NCBI GenBank assembly: GCA_023132155.1 | Contig: JAGLYP010000023.1 | Span: 11,504-75,503 of the forward strand | Length of the DNA: 64,000 nucleotides | Direction: 5' to 3' | Source: Candidatus Parcubacteria bacterium | GTDB lineage: Bacteria > Patescibacteriota > Patescibacteriia > Patescibacteriales > UBA12075 | Shown: positions 33,001 to 40,451 of the stretch, one piece after another | Position numbering within the stretch: the stretch's first letter is position 1 | Layout of the letters: each line of letters opens with the position of its first letter | The notes under the pieces: model-generated | Database searches by the model: none | Told to the model about the DNA's origin: nothing | What the model saw: the letters and a program-made list of their open reading frames with translations, nothing else | Made by a program: the position numbers and the translations under genes

Positions 33001-33624
33001 GCTAGCGATGAAGCTGTAACTGCCAAAGGAGTTGAATCTAATGAGACTTTGGATATCGCTTCTACTACAGGTGCTGTTGCTGATAATCAGTATGCTGTTG
33101 ATGATACATCAAATGAAGCTACTTTAGCTGGCGCCGTGTTAACTTCTGTTGTTAACGTAATGGACGACGGTATTTTAACAGGCGGTACTCCTACAATTGC
33201 CAAATACAAATTTGTATTTGACAATGGCTCTAACCGAACTACCAGCAACGAAGAGTTAAAAGCTCAATTAGTATCTTTAACTCTTACTATTGCCACTTCT
33301 ACTGGAGTAGGGTTAGAAGAGGTTCGCGCTTATATAGAAGGCGATTCAGCCAATAAAACTGCTACTGGCGTTGATAGCGCAGCAGGAGAAGTTACTATTG
33401 TTCTAAGCAGTGGATTAGCTGATAGCTCTTTAGTTGACGGTGAAGTTACTTTAGTAATTACCGCTGACGTTACCGGTATTGATGAAAATAATTGGTTGCA
33501 GACAGAGATTGATGATTTGAGCGCAGACTTTACTTATAATGGCAACAACGGAGAAAACACTGATGATTTCTCTGATGCTTTGTTGGACATTACTGAAGTA
33601 ATTGGAGCATATCTTTCTAATTAA
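30007..33624 (+). CDS. Large acidic secreted S-layer-like surface protein
   Basis: Signal peptide, GDLIK...DGKRYVFPNEATYFSWY N-terminal module, repeated beta-rich D/E/T/A domains, strong T-ending codon bias. Confidence 0.75.
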   Translation: MQKLRKALVVSVMAITVLSLSVLSVPLQVDAAAQAGDLIKMDGLSSVYYLAADGKRYVFPNEATYFSWYGDFSGVVTIPQSELESYSLGANVTVRPGTKLIKITTDPKVYAVEPNGNLVHIPDEATAITLYGADWAARVVDIADAFFTNYNVTGNQTSATAYPTGTLVDFGGTGDVSYIDADGNARKIADEASFLANRFKWGDVIVSTLTAPTAGTEVAGAEEGMTDTSSGAGGTAGAGTGLTVALASDTPAAGNIPDDTPVEFLKFNLTAASDGDVTVNSVIITAYDLGNYDNIENVTLYSDGIKISSEKDINSDGEATINLSSGFLVAAGTTESLTVRAEIDDTSGNFALGLASASDIVTNGAVVSGSFPIIGNTKAIVDVTIGDIEIDGFAASPVTEELGEEDILLADFNLDNEGNEDVIWESARIENKDDAGVAENVKLYIEGDEVADATLSGDFYVFDIGNYLIEEGDNIDVEVRGDIGVTDTDDTFNLQIDEMSDFSFMGQRYGYGIEMADDDADLSTGIAVTLETGEVTIAMDESAQDNEVRSGTDNVVLAVIQIVSNSEDATIEEIDGGTAQFIIEPISGTVAFAELEDIELHNVDGGTYDVDAGSALVGGNWELDIDEDIFLPVGEMQTFELLADITDDMDDGVELQVTLEDGAFTITGEDSDAAIINISPSSIDANEVTIEEASFEMVVQALTDESVVGGALDVLIFEATLEAGDSSEIELRSITLDAEAGSDAFDDDDITDLRLMIDGEELEALSSESSMDGTAAAYITFNSLDSTLRVIPAGDIVTLQVYADIDGDATAGSFALEIDAVADIDADDEDGDDVVAGSKTINTGTVSRDVTIAETGTLKVELKIDDTAANNDVYILAGTETVQDRYLGELVFVTEYEPILVETLVLEQTGTADSGDIKYVVLYDETGAEVASKAPSADGHVNFSSFDMEFAADESTSLFLGVVTKGINVDGDATATASSSATIKFEIADDTALAALSVASDEAVTAKGVESNETLDIASTTGAVADNQYAVDDTSNEATLAGAVLTSVVNVMDDGILTGGTPTIAKYKFVFDNGSNRTTSNEELKAQLVSLTLTIATSTGVGLEEVRAYIEGDSANKTATGVDSAAGEVTIVLSSGLADSSLVDGEVTLVITADVTGIDENNWLQTEIDDLSADFTYNGNNGENTDDFSDALLDITEVIGAYLSN

Positions 33625-33658
33625 TTTTTTTAAAAATTAATTTAGATAGAAAAATCCA

Positions 33659-33690
33659 AAAACCCCCTCCCATTTTCGGGAGGGGGTTTT
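33659..33690 (+). terminator. Rho-independent terminator
   Basis: AAAACCCCCTCCC-ATTTTC-GGGAGGGGGTTTT. Confidence 0.85.
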
Positions 33691-33842
33691 GTCTTGAACT
33701 ATGATTTGTATGATTAAATGATAGACTATGATTATTTTTTTCATAGCCCATCATAATAATCAGAAAAATCATAGTTCAGAAATTTTTGACATATTTTTTA
33801 TTTATGATATTATAAAAATATAACAAATTGGAAAATAATTAC

Positions 33843-34289
33843 ATGATAATAACATCTCAACAATTTAATAAATTGGCTACTAAAAAGGACTTAAAAAAGG
33901 ATTTGGAAAAATTAGAGCAAAAGATAGACAAAAAGTTTTCCACAAAAGAGGAATTAAAAAAGGAAGTAAGCAAATTAGCTACTAAAAAAGACTTGAAAGA
34001 ATTAAGGCAAGAATCTAAAAAAGATTTGGAGAAATTTGCGATTAGGGCATTTGATATGTTTGCCTCTAAAGATGATTTGAAAGAATTAGAAAAAAGGGTT
34101 GCAAGCAAGGCAGATATTGACAAACTTTTAACCGTAATGGACAGTATTGTCGGAAAACACCAAGAGATTGAAACAGAACGCGCAGCCAATATCGGCGCGC
34201 ATGACCGTATTGAAAAAGATATTGTTAAAACAGACAAAAGAGTTACGGTTGTTGAAAAAAAACTTGAAACAATTCCGGTCGCGGTATAA
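33843..34289 (+). CDS. Coiled-coil protein with ATKKDL-type repeats
   Basis: LATKKDL, STKEEL, ATKKDL, ASKDDL, ASKADI. Confidence 0.7.
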   Translation: MIITSQQFNKLATKKDLKKDLEKLEQKIDKKFSTKEELKKEVSKLATKKDLKELRQESKKDLEKFAIRAFDMFASKDDLKELEKRVASKADIDKLLTVMDSIVGKHQEIETERAANIGAHDRIEKDIVKTDKRVTVVEKKLETIPVAV

Positions 34290-34413
34290 TATAGCTAGTT
34301 TTCGCAAGGCAGTTATTTAAAAATGTTTCTTGACTAAAATAAAAATTTTGGCTAATATAATAATATTAATGCTAAACAGTAGTTTAGTTTATTTTTTTTG
34401 CGCATAAATTATT

Positions 34414-34486
34414 GCCGGCGTAGCTCAGTTGGTAGAGCAATGGTTTTGTAAACCATCGGTCGGGGGTTCGAGTCCCTTCGCCGGCT
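34414..34486 (+). tRNA. tRNA-Thr(TGT)
   Basis: GCCGGCG acceptor, TAGCTCAGTTGGTAGAGC D-arm, ATGGT-TTTGTAA-ACCAT anticodon arm, GGTTCGAGTCC. Confidence 0.95.
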
Positions 34487-34488
34487 CA

Positions 34489-34666
34489 AATAAAATAAGT
34501 CTCTTTTGGGACTTATTTTATTTGAGAGGTGAATGGGACTCGAACCCCTTTGACCAGTATTTTTAGAGAGTAAAAACATAGGAATTAAAATAAAATAATA
34601 AAAGAAAATATTAACGTGAATAATGACGGTGTAGGGTTCACCCTTTCGAGTCCCTTCGCCGGCTCA
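34489..34666 (+). mobile_element. 178-bp tRNA-Thr 3'-end duplication mini-element
   Basis: 22-bp direct repeat 34467-34488 / 34645-34666; inverted tRNA-end copy 34523-34548; motif GAATAATGACGGTGTAGGG at 34618. Confidence 0.75.
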
Positions 34667-34734
34667 GATATATAAAAAACTATCCTGAATAGGATAGTTT
34701 TTTATATATCTGAGGGGCGTGGAATTAATTTGGA

Positions 34735-35334
34735 TTAATAGCCCGCCTCAGGCATTTTAATCCATTTATTGGCTTTGAGATGCCAGTCTGAAACATCAAC
34801 CTTTTGCAGTAAATCCCATAATTCTTTAGCGGAATTCGTATATAATTTTTTATCCCTGACCATTTTACGAATATCTTTCCATTTTTTCGGAAGTTTTGAT
34901 CCGCGCTCTTCAAACTCCTTAAGCTCTATGTCAACATCCAAATTGTCCGCGTCTTTCACAATTTTTGATTCAACGCAATTTCTGTCTTCGTAATTCCTGA
35001 ATTCATTATCATAAAAATCCTTGAGAATTGTGTTGGAAAATAGATCATTGGCGGCTAAAGCATCATCAGCTTTTACGTAAATTTTTTGCATATAGCCTAA
35101 ATCAGATGTTCTTGTTTCCGGCAAATCATGCACCATGGCCATGCGAATAATCTTATTTTCATCTCCGGCATTTTCCATTCTGGAAATTATCAAGGCGATC
35201 CAAATCACCCGCATGGTATGTTCTAAAACAGTAGCGCAATCCATGTCCAGGTGCTGCCGCCATCCTCGTTGGACATTTTTTAGAGTTCCAATTTCAAATA
35301 AGAAATCTATATTTCTTTTATTATGGTTTTTCAT
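34735..35334 (-). CDS. HD-domain phosphohydrolase (YfbR/5'-deoxynucleotidase-like)
   Basis: LKNVQRGW, TVLEHTMR, MVHDLPETRTSD, VKDADNLD. Confidence 0.85.
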   Translation of the reverse strand: MKNHNKRNIDFLFEIGTLKNVQRGWRQHLDMDCATVLEHTMRVIWIALIISRMENAGDENKIIRMAMVHDLPETRTSDLGYMQKIYVKADDALAANDLFSNTILKDFYDNEFRNYEDRNCVESKIVKDADNLDVDIELKEFEERGSKLPKKWKDIRKMVRDKKLYTNSAKELWDLLQKVDVSDWHLKANKWIKMPEAGY

Positions 35335-35419
35335 TTTATCATTTTATCTAGTTATTTTTTAATATTTTTATTATACCACGTTAGTTTTAAATTGTGAAAA
35401 TCTGTGTTAATATTGAAGT

Positions 35420-36517
35420 ATGAAAAAAATAATCATAATTTCACTATTATTGCTAATTTTACCGGTTTTTGTTGCCGCGCAGTCTGAAATGGAAAAAGAT
35501 ACGATTTTTAAGGCGGAAATTATTGAAATATTAGCCGAAAAAGAAATTATTTTAACTGACGGATCAACAGATAAGCAGCAGCATTTAAAAATGCTGGGGC
35601 TTGAAAGTGATTTTAAAGGCAAAGAGTTTGAGTTTAACGGGATAGGGGAAATAAATGTTTTAAATAAGCAGATATATGATGTCGGAGACAAGGTTTTGGT
35701 TATTGAAAATAAAGGGGAGGATAAAAATAATTATTATATAGTTGATTACGTGCGAGCCGGAGCGCTTTGGTGGCTGGCCGCGTTTTTTGTTTTGGTTTTA
35801 TTATTTGTTGGAAAAATCAAAGGGCTTAGATCTTTATTGTCGCTGTTTTTGTCTTTTGTAATTATAATAAAATTTATTATTCCGCAGATTATAACTGGCG
35901 CTAATCCTTTAATTATAACAATCATCGGTTCAGTCGCGATTTTGTTGATTATTATTTATCTTACGGAAGGCTTTAAGCCAAAGGCGCACTTGGCTTTTGC
36001 AAGCATATTTATAAGTTTGTTATTAACCGTAGTGGTTTCACAATTATTTGTCAGTTTGGCAAAATTAACCGGAGCGGCTTCCGAGGACGTGCTTTTTCTT
36101 TTTAATATTGACGGCTTAAGCATTAACTTGCAAGGCTTGCTTTTGGCCGGAATTATAATCGGCGCCTTGGGAGTTTTGGATGATGTTGTGATCGCGCAAG
36201 TTTCCACGGTTAAAGAAATTGCTTCGGCCGATAGGGGATTAAACAGTAAAGCGGTTTTTTCAAAAGCCTATAAAGTCGGAATATCGCATATCGCCTCAAT
36301 GACAAATACGCTTTTTTTAGCTTACGCAGGCGTTTCTTTGCCGTTATTGGTTTTGTTTGTTTCAGGAGAAAGCGTTTTTTCTTCTTGGACGCAAGCCGTT
36401 AATACGGAATTGATTGCCACAGAAATAATCCGCGCCTTAACCGGCAGCATCGGCTTAATTTTATCAGTGCCAATATCAACTTATATAGCCAGCCGATGGT
36501 TTTGCCGGCGGAGGTAG
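35420..36517 (+). CDS. YibE/F family membrane protein
   Basis: GIIIGALGVLDDV, HIASMTNTLFLAYAG, GSIGLILSVP. Confidence 0.9.
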   Translation: MKKIIIISLLLLILPVFVAAQSEMEKDTIFKAEIIEILAEKEIILTDGSTDKQQHLKMLGLESDFKGKEFEFNGIGEINVLNKQIYDVGDKVLVIENKGEDKNNYYIVDYVRAGALWWLAAFFVLVLLFVGKIKGLRSLLSLFLSFVIIIKFIIPQIITGANPLIITIIGSVAILLIIIYLTEGFKPKAHLAFASIFISLLLTVVVSQLFVSLAKLTGAASEDVLFLFNIDGLSINLQGLLLAGIIIGALGVLDDVVIAQVSTVKEIASADRGLNSKAVFSKAYKVGISHIASMTNTLFLAYAGVSLPLLVLFVSGESVFSSWTQAVNTELIATEIIRALTGSIGLILSVPISTYIASRWFCRRR

Positions 36518-36527
36518 TTTGGTTTAT

Positions 36528-36706
36528 TTTGTAGCCCGTAGGGGAGTCGAAGGGCCGAGGCCCACGCCATCATTGTTCCTGCAGGGTGGAAATATCAAGA
36601 GAAAGTTAAGTTTAAGTATTGTTATATTTTAACACATATAATCATCAGCGGTTCTCACCCCTACGGGCCACAAACACAAAAACTCTGCTGTCGCAGAGCT
36701 TTTGTA
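36528..36706 (-). mobile_element. 179-bp tRNA-Glu 3'-end duplication mini-element
   Basis: 24-bp direct repeat 36707-36730 / 36528-36551; inverted tRNA-end copy 36650-36671; motif GAACAATGATGGCGTGGG at 36578-36561. Confidence 0.75.
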
Positions 36707-36710
36707 TTTG

Positions 36711-36783
36711 TAGCCCGTAGGGGAGTCGAACCCCTCTTTCTAGGATGAGAACCTAACGTCCTAAACCGATAGACGAACGGGCC
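36711..36783 (-). tRNA. tRNA-Glu(CTC)
   Basis: Reverse strand GGCCCGT-TCGTCTATCGGTTTAGGAC...TAGG-TTCTCAT-CCTA...GGTTCGACTCC-CCTACGGGCTA. Confidence 0.93.
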
Positions 36784-37023
36784 TTAACCAATTATTAATT
36801 AAAAATTAATAATTAAGAATTTTTTAATTAAATTAAAAAACAGCTTTCTCGCTGATTTCTTTGATTATCTTAGCATGGTTTTTTGTTTTTGTCATTAGTT
36901 TTTTGTTTTTGTTTTTTATCCCTTTACTTTTTTTAAAAAATATATTAATATATAATTAATTAACCGCCAAAGAGGTGGTTTTTAGTTGTTTGGCCGGGTT
37001 GAAGTAATAAAAATATAATAAAT

Positions 37024-37097
37024 TCGGAGGTCGTCTAATGGTAGGACTCCAGGTTTTGGTCCTGGCTATCGGGGTTCGAATCCCTGCCTCCGAGCCA
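37024..37097 (+). tRNA. tRNA-Gln(TTG) with encoded CCA
   Basis: TCGGAGG/CCTCCGA acceptor, CCAGG-TTTTGGT-CCTGG anticodon arm, GGTTCGAATCC. Confidence 0.95.
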
Positions 37098-37223
37098 CGA
37101 AAAATGCCCAAGGGCATCTCGTGGCACGCCACATCAAAAATTGGCATGTCACAACATTATAAGGTGAAAATTTAAAAAGCATTTTTACGTGAGCCGCGTG
37201 ATGCGCTTGCGCATTTTACGCGG
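37095..37223. repeat. CCRCG-WAAAT-hairpin-ATCWCGYGG repeat units after tRNA-Gln
   Basis: 37095-37124 forward and 37194-37223 reverse; two more copies inside the downstream gene. Confidence 0.75.
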
Positions 37224-37363
37224 CAAGGAACGTGGATTACGCACAGCCTTGCCATATAAAAAAAATTTATGTCAGATCGTTTAGAAATATCATGCATAAA
37301 AACACGTCTTTATCCGACGTGTTTTATGTTATACTATAAATGTTATTATTTTAAGAAAAAAGT

Positions 37364-37687
37364 ATGTTTTACATTTATTTACTAGAATGCCGACAAGACA
37401 AGTCTTGGTACATTGGCTATACTTCCGACTTAAAACGAAGGATAAACGATCATCAAAAAGGTTGCGGTTGCCGCACTACTTCCGCGAAAAATAACAAAGT
37501 TATCTCGCGGCAAGCCACGAAAAATGGTTTCGCCATCTCGCGGCAAGCTATGAAAAATAATTGGAAATTAATTTATTACGAAGCATACATAGAAAAGCAA
37601 GACGCTATTGGTAGAGAGAAATTTTTAAAAAGCGGATCGGGCAGGAAATATTTAAATAAGCAGTTAAGGAATTATTTATTAAAGTAG
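37364..37687 (+). CDS. GIY-YIG nuclease with 22-aa repeat-derived insertion
   Basis: FYIYLL..WYIGYTSDLKRRINDH...WKLIYYEAY...AIGREKFLKSGSGR. Confidence 0.88.
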   Translation: MFYIYLLECRQDKSWYIGYTSDLKRRINDHQKGCGCRTTSAKNNKVISRQATKNGFAISRQAMKNNWKLIYYEAYIEKQDAIGREKFLKSGSGRKYLNKQLRNYLLK

Positions 37688-37861
37688 ACATAATTCTTGT
37701 TTAAAAGTTTTTAGATAGTTTTTTAATTTTTGTTTTATTTGTTGAGTTTTCATATGGGGTTATTATATCATATTTATGGTTGTGTTTGTAAAATAAGTAT
37801 TGATTTTTTGAGAAAATGAGCATAAGATTATAATAAATTAATAATTTAAAAAACAACTACT

Positions 37862-39205
37862 ATGAAAAAATATTTTGAATATCTTTTAAGTAAAGGGATA
37901 GTTAATCCGCCAGACGTAATAGATGTTTTTAGAAAAATTAACATAAAAGAAATACTAGAAATTGCATTTCAATGTTATATGCTAGCTGAAAAATCAGCAG
38001 AAAAGGACTACAAAGATAGCGTTTTTAATTTCGCTGTTAACAGCTCTATGAGTGGTGGCATTCATCCTTGCGCTAATTTGATATGCAGAACAAGAAATGT
38101 GTTTGAATTAGCCACATTTAATGCTCTTTATGCCGATAAACTAGTTATCTTAAATCCCTTCGAACATGTTTATCATCATATCGAGACTGGTTTTGACTTT
38201 AAAAATGAAAAACAATTAGATAACTTCATTGATAGATTACTTGGGGACATTGTTATAACTGTTATATTAAAGCCATTATTTGAAAGTAAGTTAATAACAA
38301 TAAACCCGGCACTCAGAGGCTATTGCAAGCCTTGCTTAAAGAAAAAAATATTGGAAGAAAAAACTCTACAAGAAGCATTTGATAAAATAGAAGACAAAGT
38401 AATATCTGATATTGGAAAAAATGTTAAAGTAACAATGGATACAAAAAATTCTATTGTTTTTGATGGAAAGGATAATTATCTTGGAGCCGAAGCATTTAGA
38501 TTTATAAAAGTACCCGCAAGCTTAAAACAGTTTACAAAATTTGTACCTTACACCTTTAACCCAGAAGAAATTAAAAAGTTGGGTCTTTGGGAAATACCTG
38601 TTGTGCCAATATTTAATGATGTGATAATGCAAAAGTTTCTTATCACCAATCAAAAAGTAAATTATCTTACAAATAGAAAAATTGAGAGCGATATCATTAG
38701 CTATTTAAACGCAAATAATCTTGAAATATCTAATGAAAATGATATTTTTAATGGACTTACTCATAAGTTGCCTTTTGTAATGAATGCTTCATTGGAGAAA
38801 CTTGTTGATTTTAGAAATAATGAAGCCGAATCTTTTGATGCATACAGACTTTCAGTAAAAAGGGCCATAGAACTAAGTAAGGAAGAAACAAAGCAAAAAA
38901 TAATTGAAGAAATATCAAGTGACATTATAAAACCAGAATTAAAAAAATTAAGCAGAGTGTTTAAAACTCATCAAAAAAAATTTACTAATAAAGGTAAGGA
39001 GAAAATTATTTTCAATAGTCTTTTATTGTCCGCTGGATTATTTGCTAATAATCAATTTGGGTTAAATTTTGAAAACATTTTAGCACTTGGTGGTTTACAC
39101 AAGTTATCGGATATAGGTGGTGATTTCATTGAGGCTTCGTCTGTCCCAGATGAGGTAATAAATAATGATTATTATTTTTTATGGCAAATTCAAAAAGGAT
39201 TATAG
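37862..39205 (+). CDS. Hypothetical protein (tRNA-Gln islet cargo)
   Basis: 447-aa AT-rich ORF; no motif recognised. Confidence 0.7.
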   Translation: MKKYFEYLLSKGIVNPPDVIDVFRKINIKEILEIAFQCYMLAEKSAEKDYKDSVFNFAVNSSMSGGIHPCANLICRTRNVFELATFNALYADKLVILNPFEHVYHHIETGFDFKNEKQLDNFIDRLLGDIVITVILKPLFESKLITINPALRGYCKPCLKKKILEEKTLQEAFDKIEDKVISDIGKNVKVTMDTKNSIVFDGKDNYLGAEAFRFIKVPASLKQFTKFVPYTFNPEEIKKLGLWEIPVVPIFNDVIMQKFLITNQKVNYLTNRKIESDIISYLNANNLEISNENDIFNGLTHKLPFVMNASLEKLVDFRNNEAESFDAYRLSVKRAIELSKEETKQKIIEEISSDIIKPELKKLSRVFKTHQKKFTNKGKEKIIFNSLLLSAGLFANNQFGLNFENILALGGLHKLSDIGGDFIEASSVPDEVINNDYYFLWQIQKGL

Positions 39206-39233
39206 ATACAAATATATTTATTTTAAAATATTA

Positions 39234-39309
39234 GTTCGAACATCGTCCGCGACCCCGAGCAAATATAAATACACCCTTTTTAGGGTGTATTTATATTTGC
39301 TCGGAGGCA
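39234..39309. repeat. Degenerate tRNA-Gln 3'-end copy, hairpin and inverted tRNA-end (islet right boundary)
   Basis: GTTCGAA...CCGAGC, 23-bp hairpin, GCTCGGAGGCA = reverse complement of 37085-37095. Confidence 0.6.
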
Positions 39310-39358
39310 TGGTATAATAAAATTATAAATATATTTTAATAATTAAAATAAAAAAACT

Positions 39359-40006
39359 ATGAAAATTAAATTATTTGCCATGATTTTATTTATGGTGTTT
39401 ATGTCAATTCCGGCTTTTGCGCAAAGTGAAAATGACGCGAACAGCAACAAGCCTGTACCTACACAAATTTCCGAGAAAAAGGAAATGGGCGAGCAAAAAA
39501 AAGCGGATAATATAGACGAGTCAAAAGCATTACGAGAAACAGCAAAAAATAAAAAAGAGAAAGCAAAACAGCTTAAAAGTAAATCCGCCAATGAGCATAG
39601 AAGCGCGGTTGCTGATTTTGTCCAAAATTTATTAGACGTGGCTGATCGTCAGTCTTTAGGCGGTATTGGCGAGCAGGTAAGAGAGATTGCCAGACAACAG
39701 AACGCTTCCGAAGACAAGGTAACCCCGAATTTAGAAAAAGTAAAGAATAAAAACAAAGTTAGAAAATTTTTATTCGGTACTGATTTCAAAAAAACAAAAG
39801 AAATTAAGAAAGAAATGCAAGAAGCCAAGAAAAGATTAAATGAGCTGGAAAAAACGAAAGACGAAGTTGATAATTCCGCTGATAAAGCAATAATCGAGGA
39901 ACAAATAAAGAGTTTTCAAGATAACATAAATAATGTATTGAAAGACGTGGAAGATGAAGAAAAGAAGTTTAGTATATTCGGTTGGGCGAAAAAAATGTTT
40001 ATTTAA
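39359..40006 (+). CDS. Secreted coiled-coil hypothetical protein
   Basis: Signal peptide ending AFA; K/E-rich helices. Confidence 0.7.
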   Translation: MKIKLFAMILFMVFMSIPAFAQSENDANSNKPVPTQISEKKEMGEQKKADNIDESKALRETAKNKKEKAKQLKSKSANEHRSAVADFVQNLLDVADRQSLGGIGEQVREIARQQNASEDKVTPNLEKVKNKNKVRKFLFGTDFKKTKEIKKEMQEAKKRLNELEKTKDEVDNSADKAIIEEQIKSFQDNINNVLKDVEDEEKKFSIFGWAKKMFI

Positions 40007-40080
40007 TAATTTTTTACAAACAAAAAAACTGTGTAATTTAGATATACAGTTTTTTTATTTCAAATTTTACGATCATCCAT

Positions 40081-40108
40081 TAGCACATTCTATGGAATGT
40101 GCTATAAT
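40081..40108 (+). promoter_or_regulatory. Palindromic operator overlapping -10 box
   Basis: TAGCACATTC-TATG-GAATGTGCTA overlapping TATAAT (40103-40108), just before the AbrB-like ATG. Confidence 0.6.
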
Positions 40109-40114
40109 GGCAAT

Positions 40115-40282
40115 ATGGCTAAACGCATTATAAAATTAACAAAATCATCCCGTTACAGCTATTCAGTGGTTATTCCAAGGGAGATTATTAAAAAATACGG
40201 CTGGAAAAGCAAACAAAAACTTACTATTGAAGATAAGGGGAGAGGGAGCTTGGAGATAAAGGATTGGAGAAGGATGAAATAA
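40115..40282 (+). CDS. AbrB/MazE/SpoVT family DNA-binding protein
   Basis: KLTKSSRYSYSVVIPREIIKKYGW...L swapped-hairpin signature. Confidence 0.75.
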   Translation: MAKRIIKLTKSSRYSYSVVIPREIIKKYGWKSKQKLTIEDKGRGSLEIKDWRRMK

Positions 40283-40451
40283 AACAAAAAAATTGATAAA
40301 ATTTTTATTTTGCAGACCTTGACAAAAAATAAAAATTATGGGATTATTATGGTTGTGCTTTTAAAAAAATTAAATATAAGACTATTTGTACTCTTTAATA
40401 TAGATATAGACAAAATTAATATTTTTAGGATTGGGGCAAATATAACAATTT

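Noticed and set aside
34414-39309. Prophage or integrase-driven island at the tRNA cluster
   Set aside because: No integrase, recombinase or phage structural gene is present.
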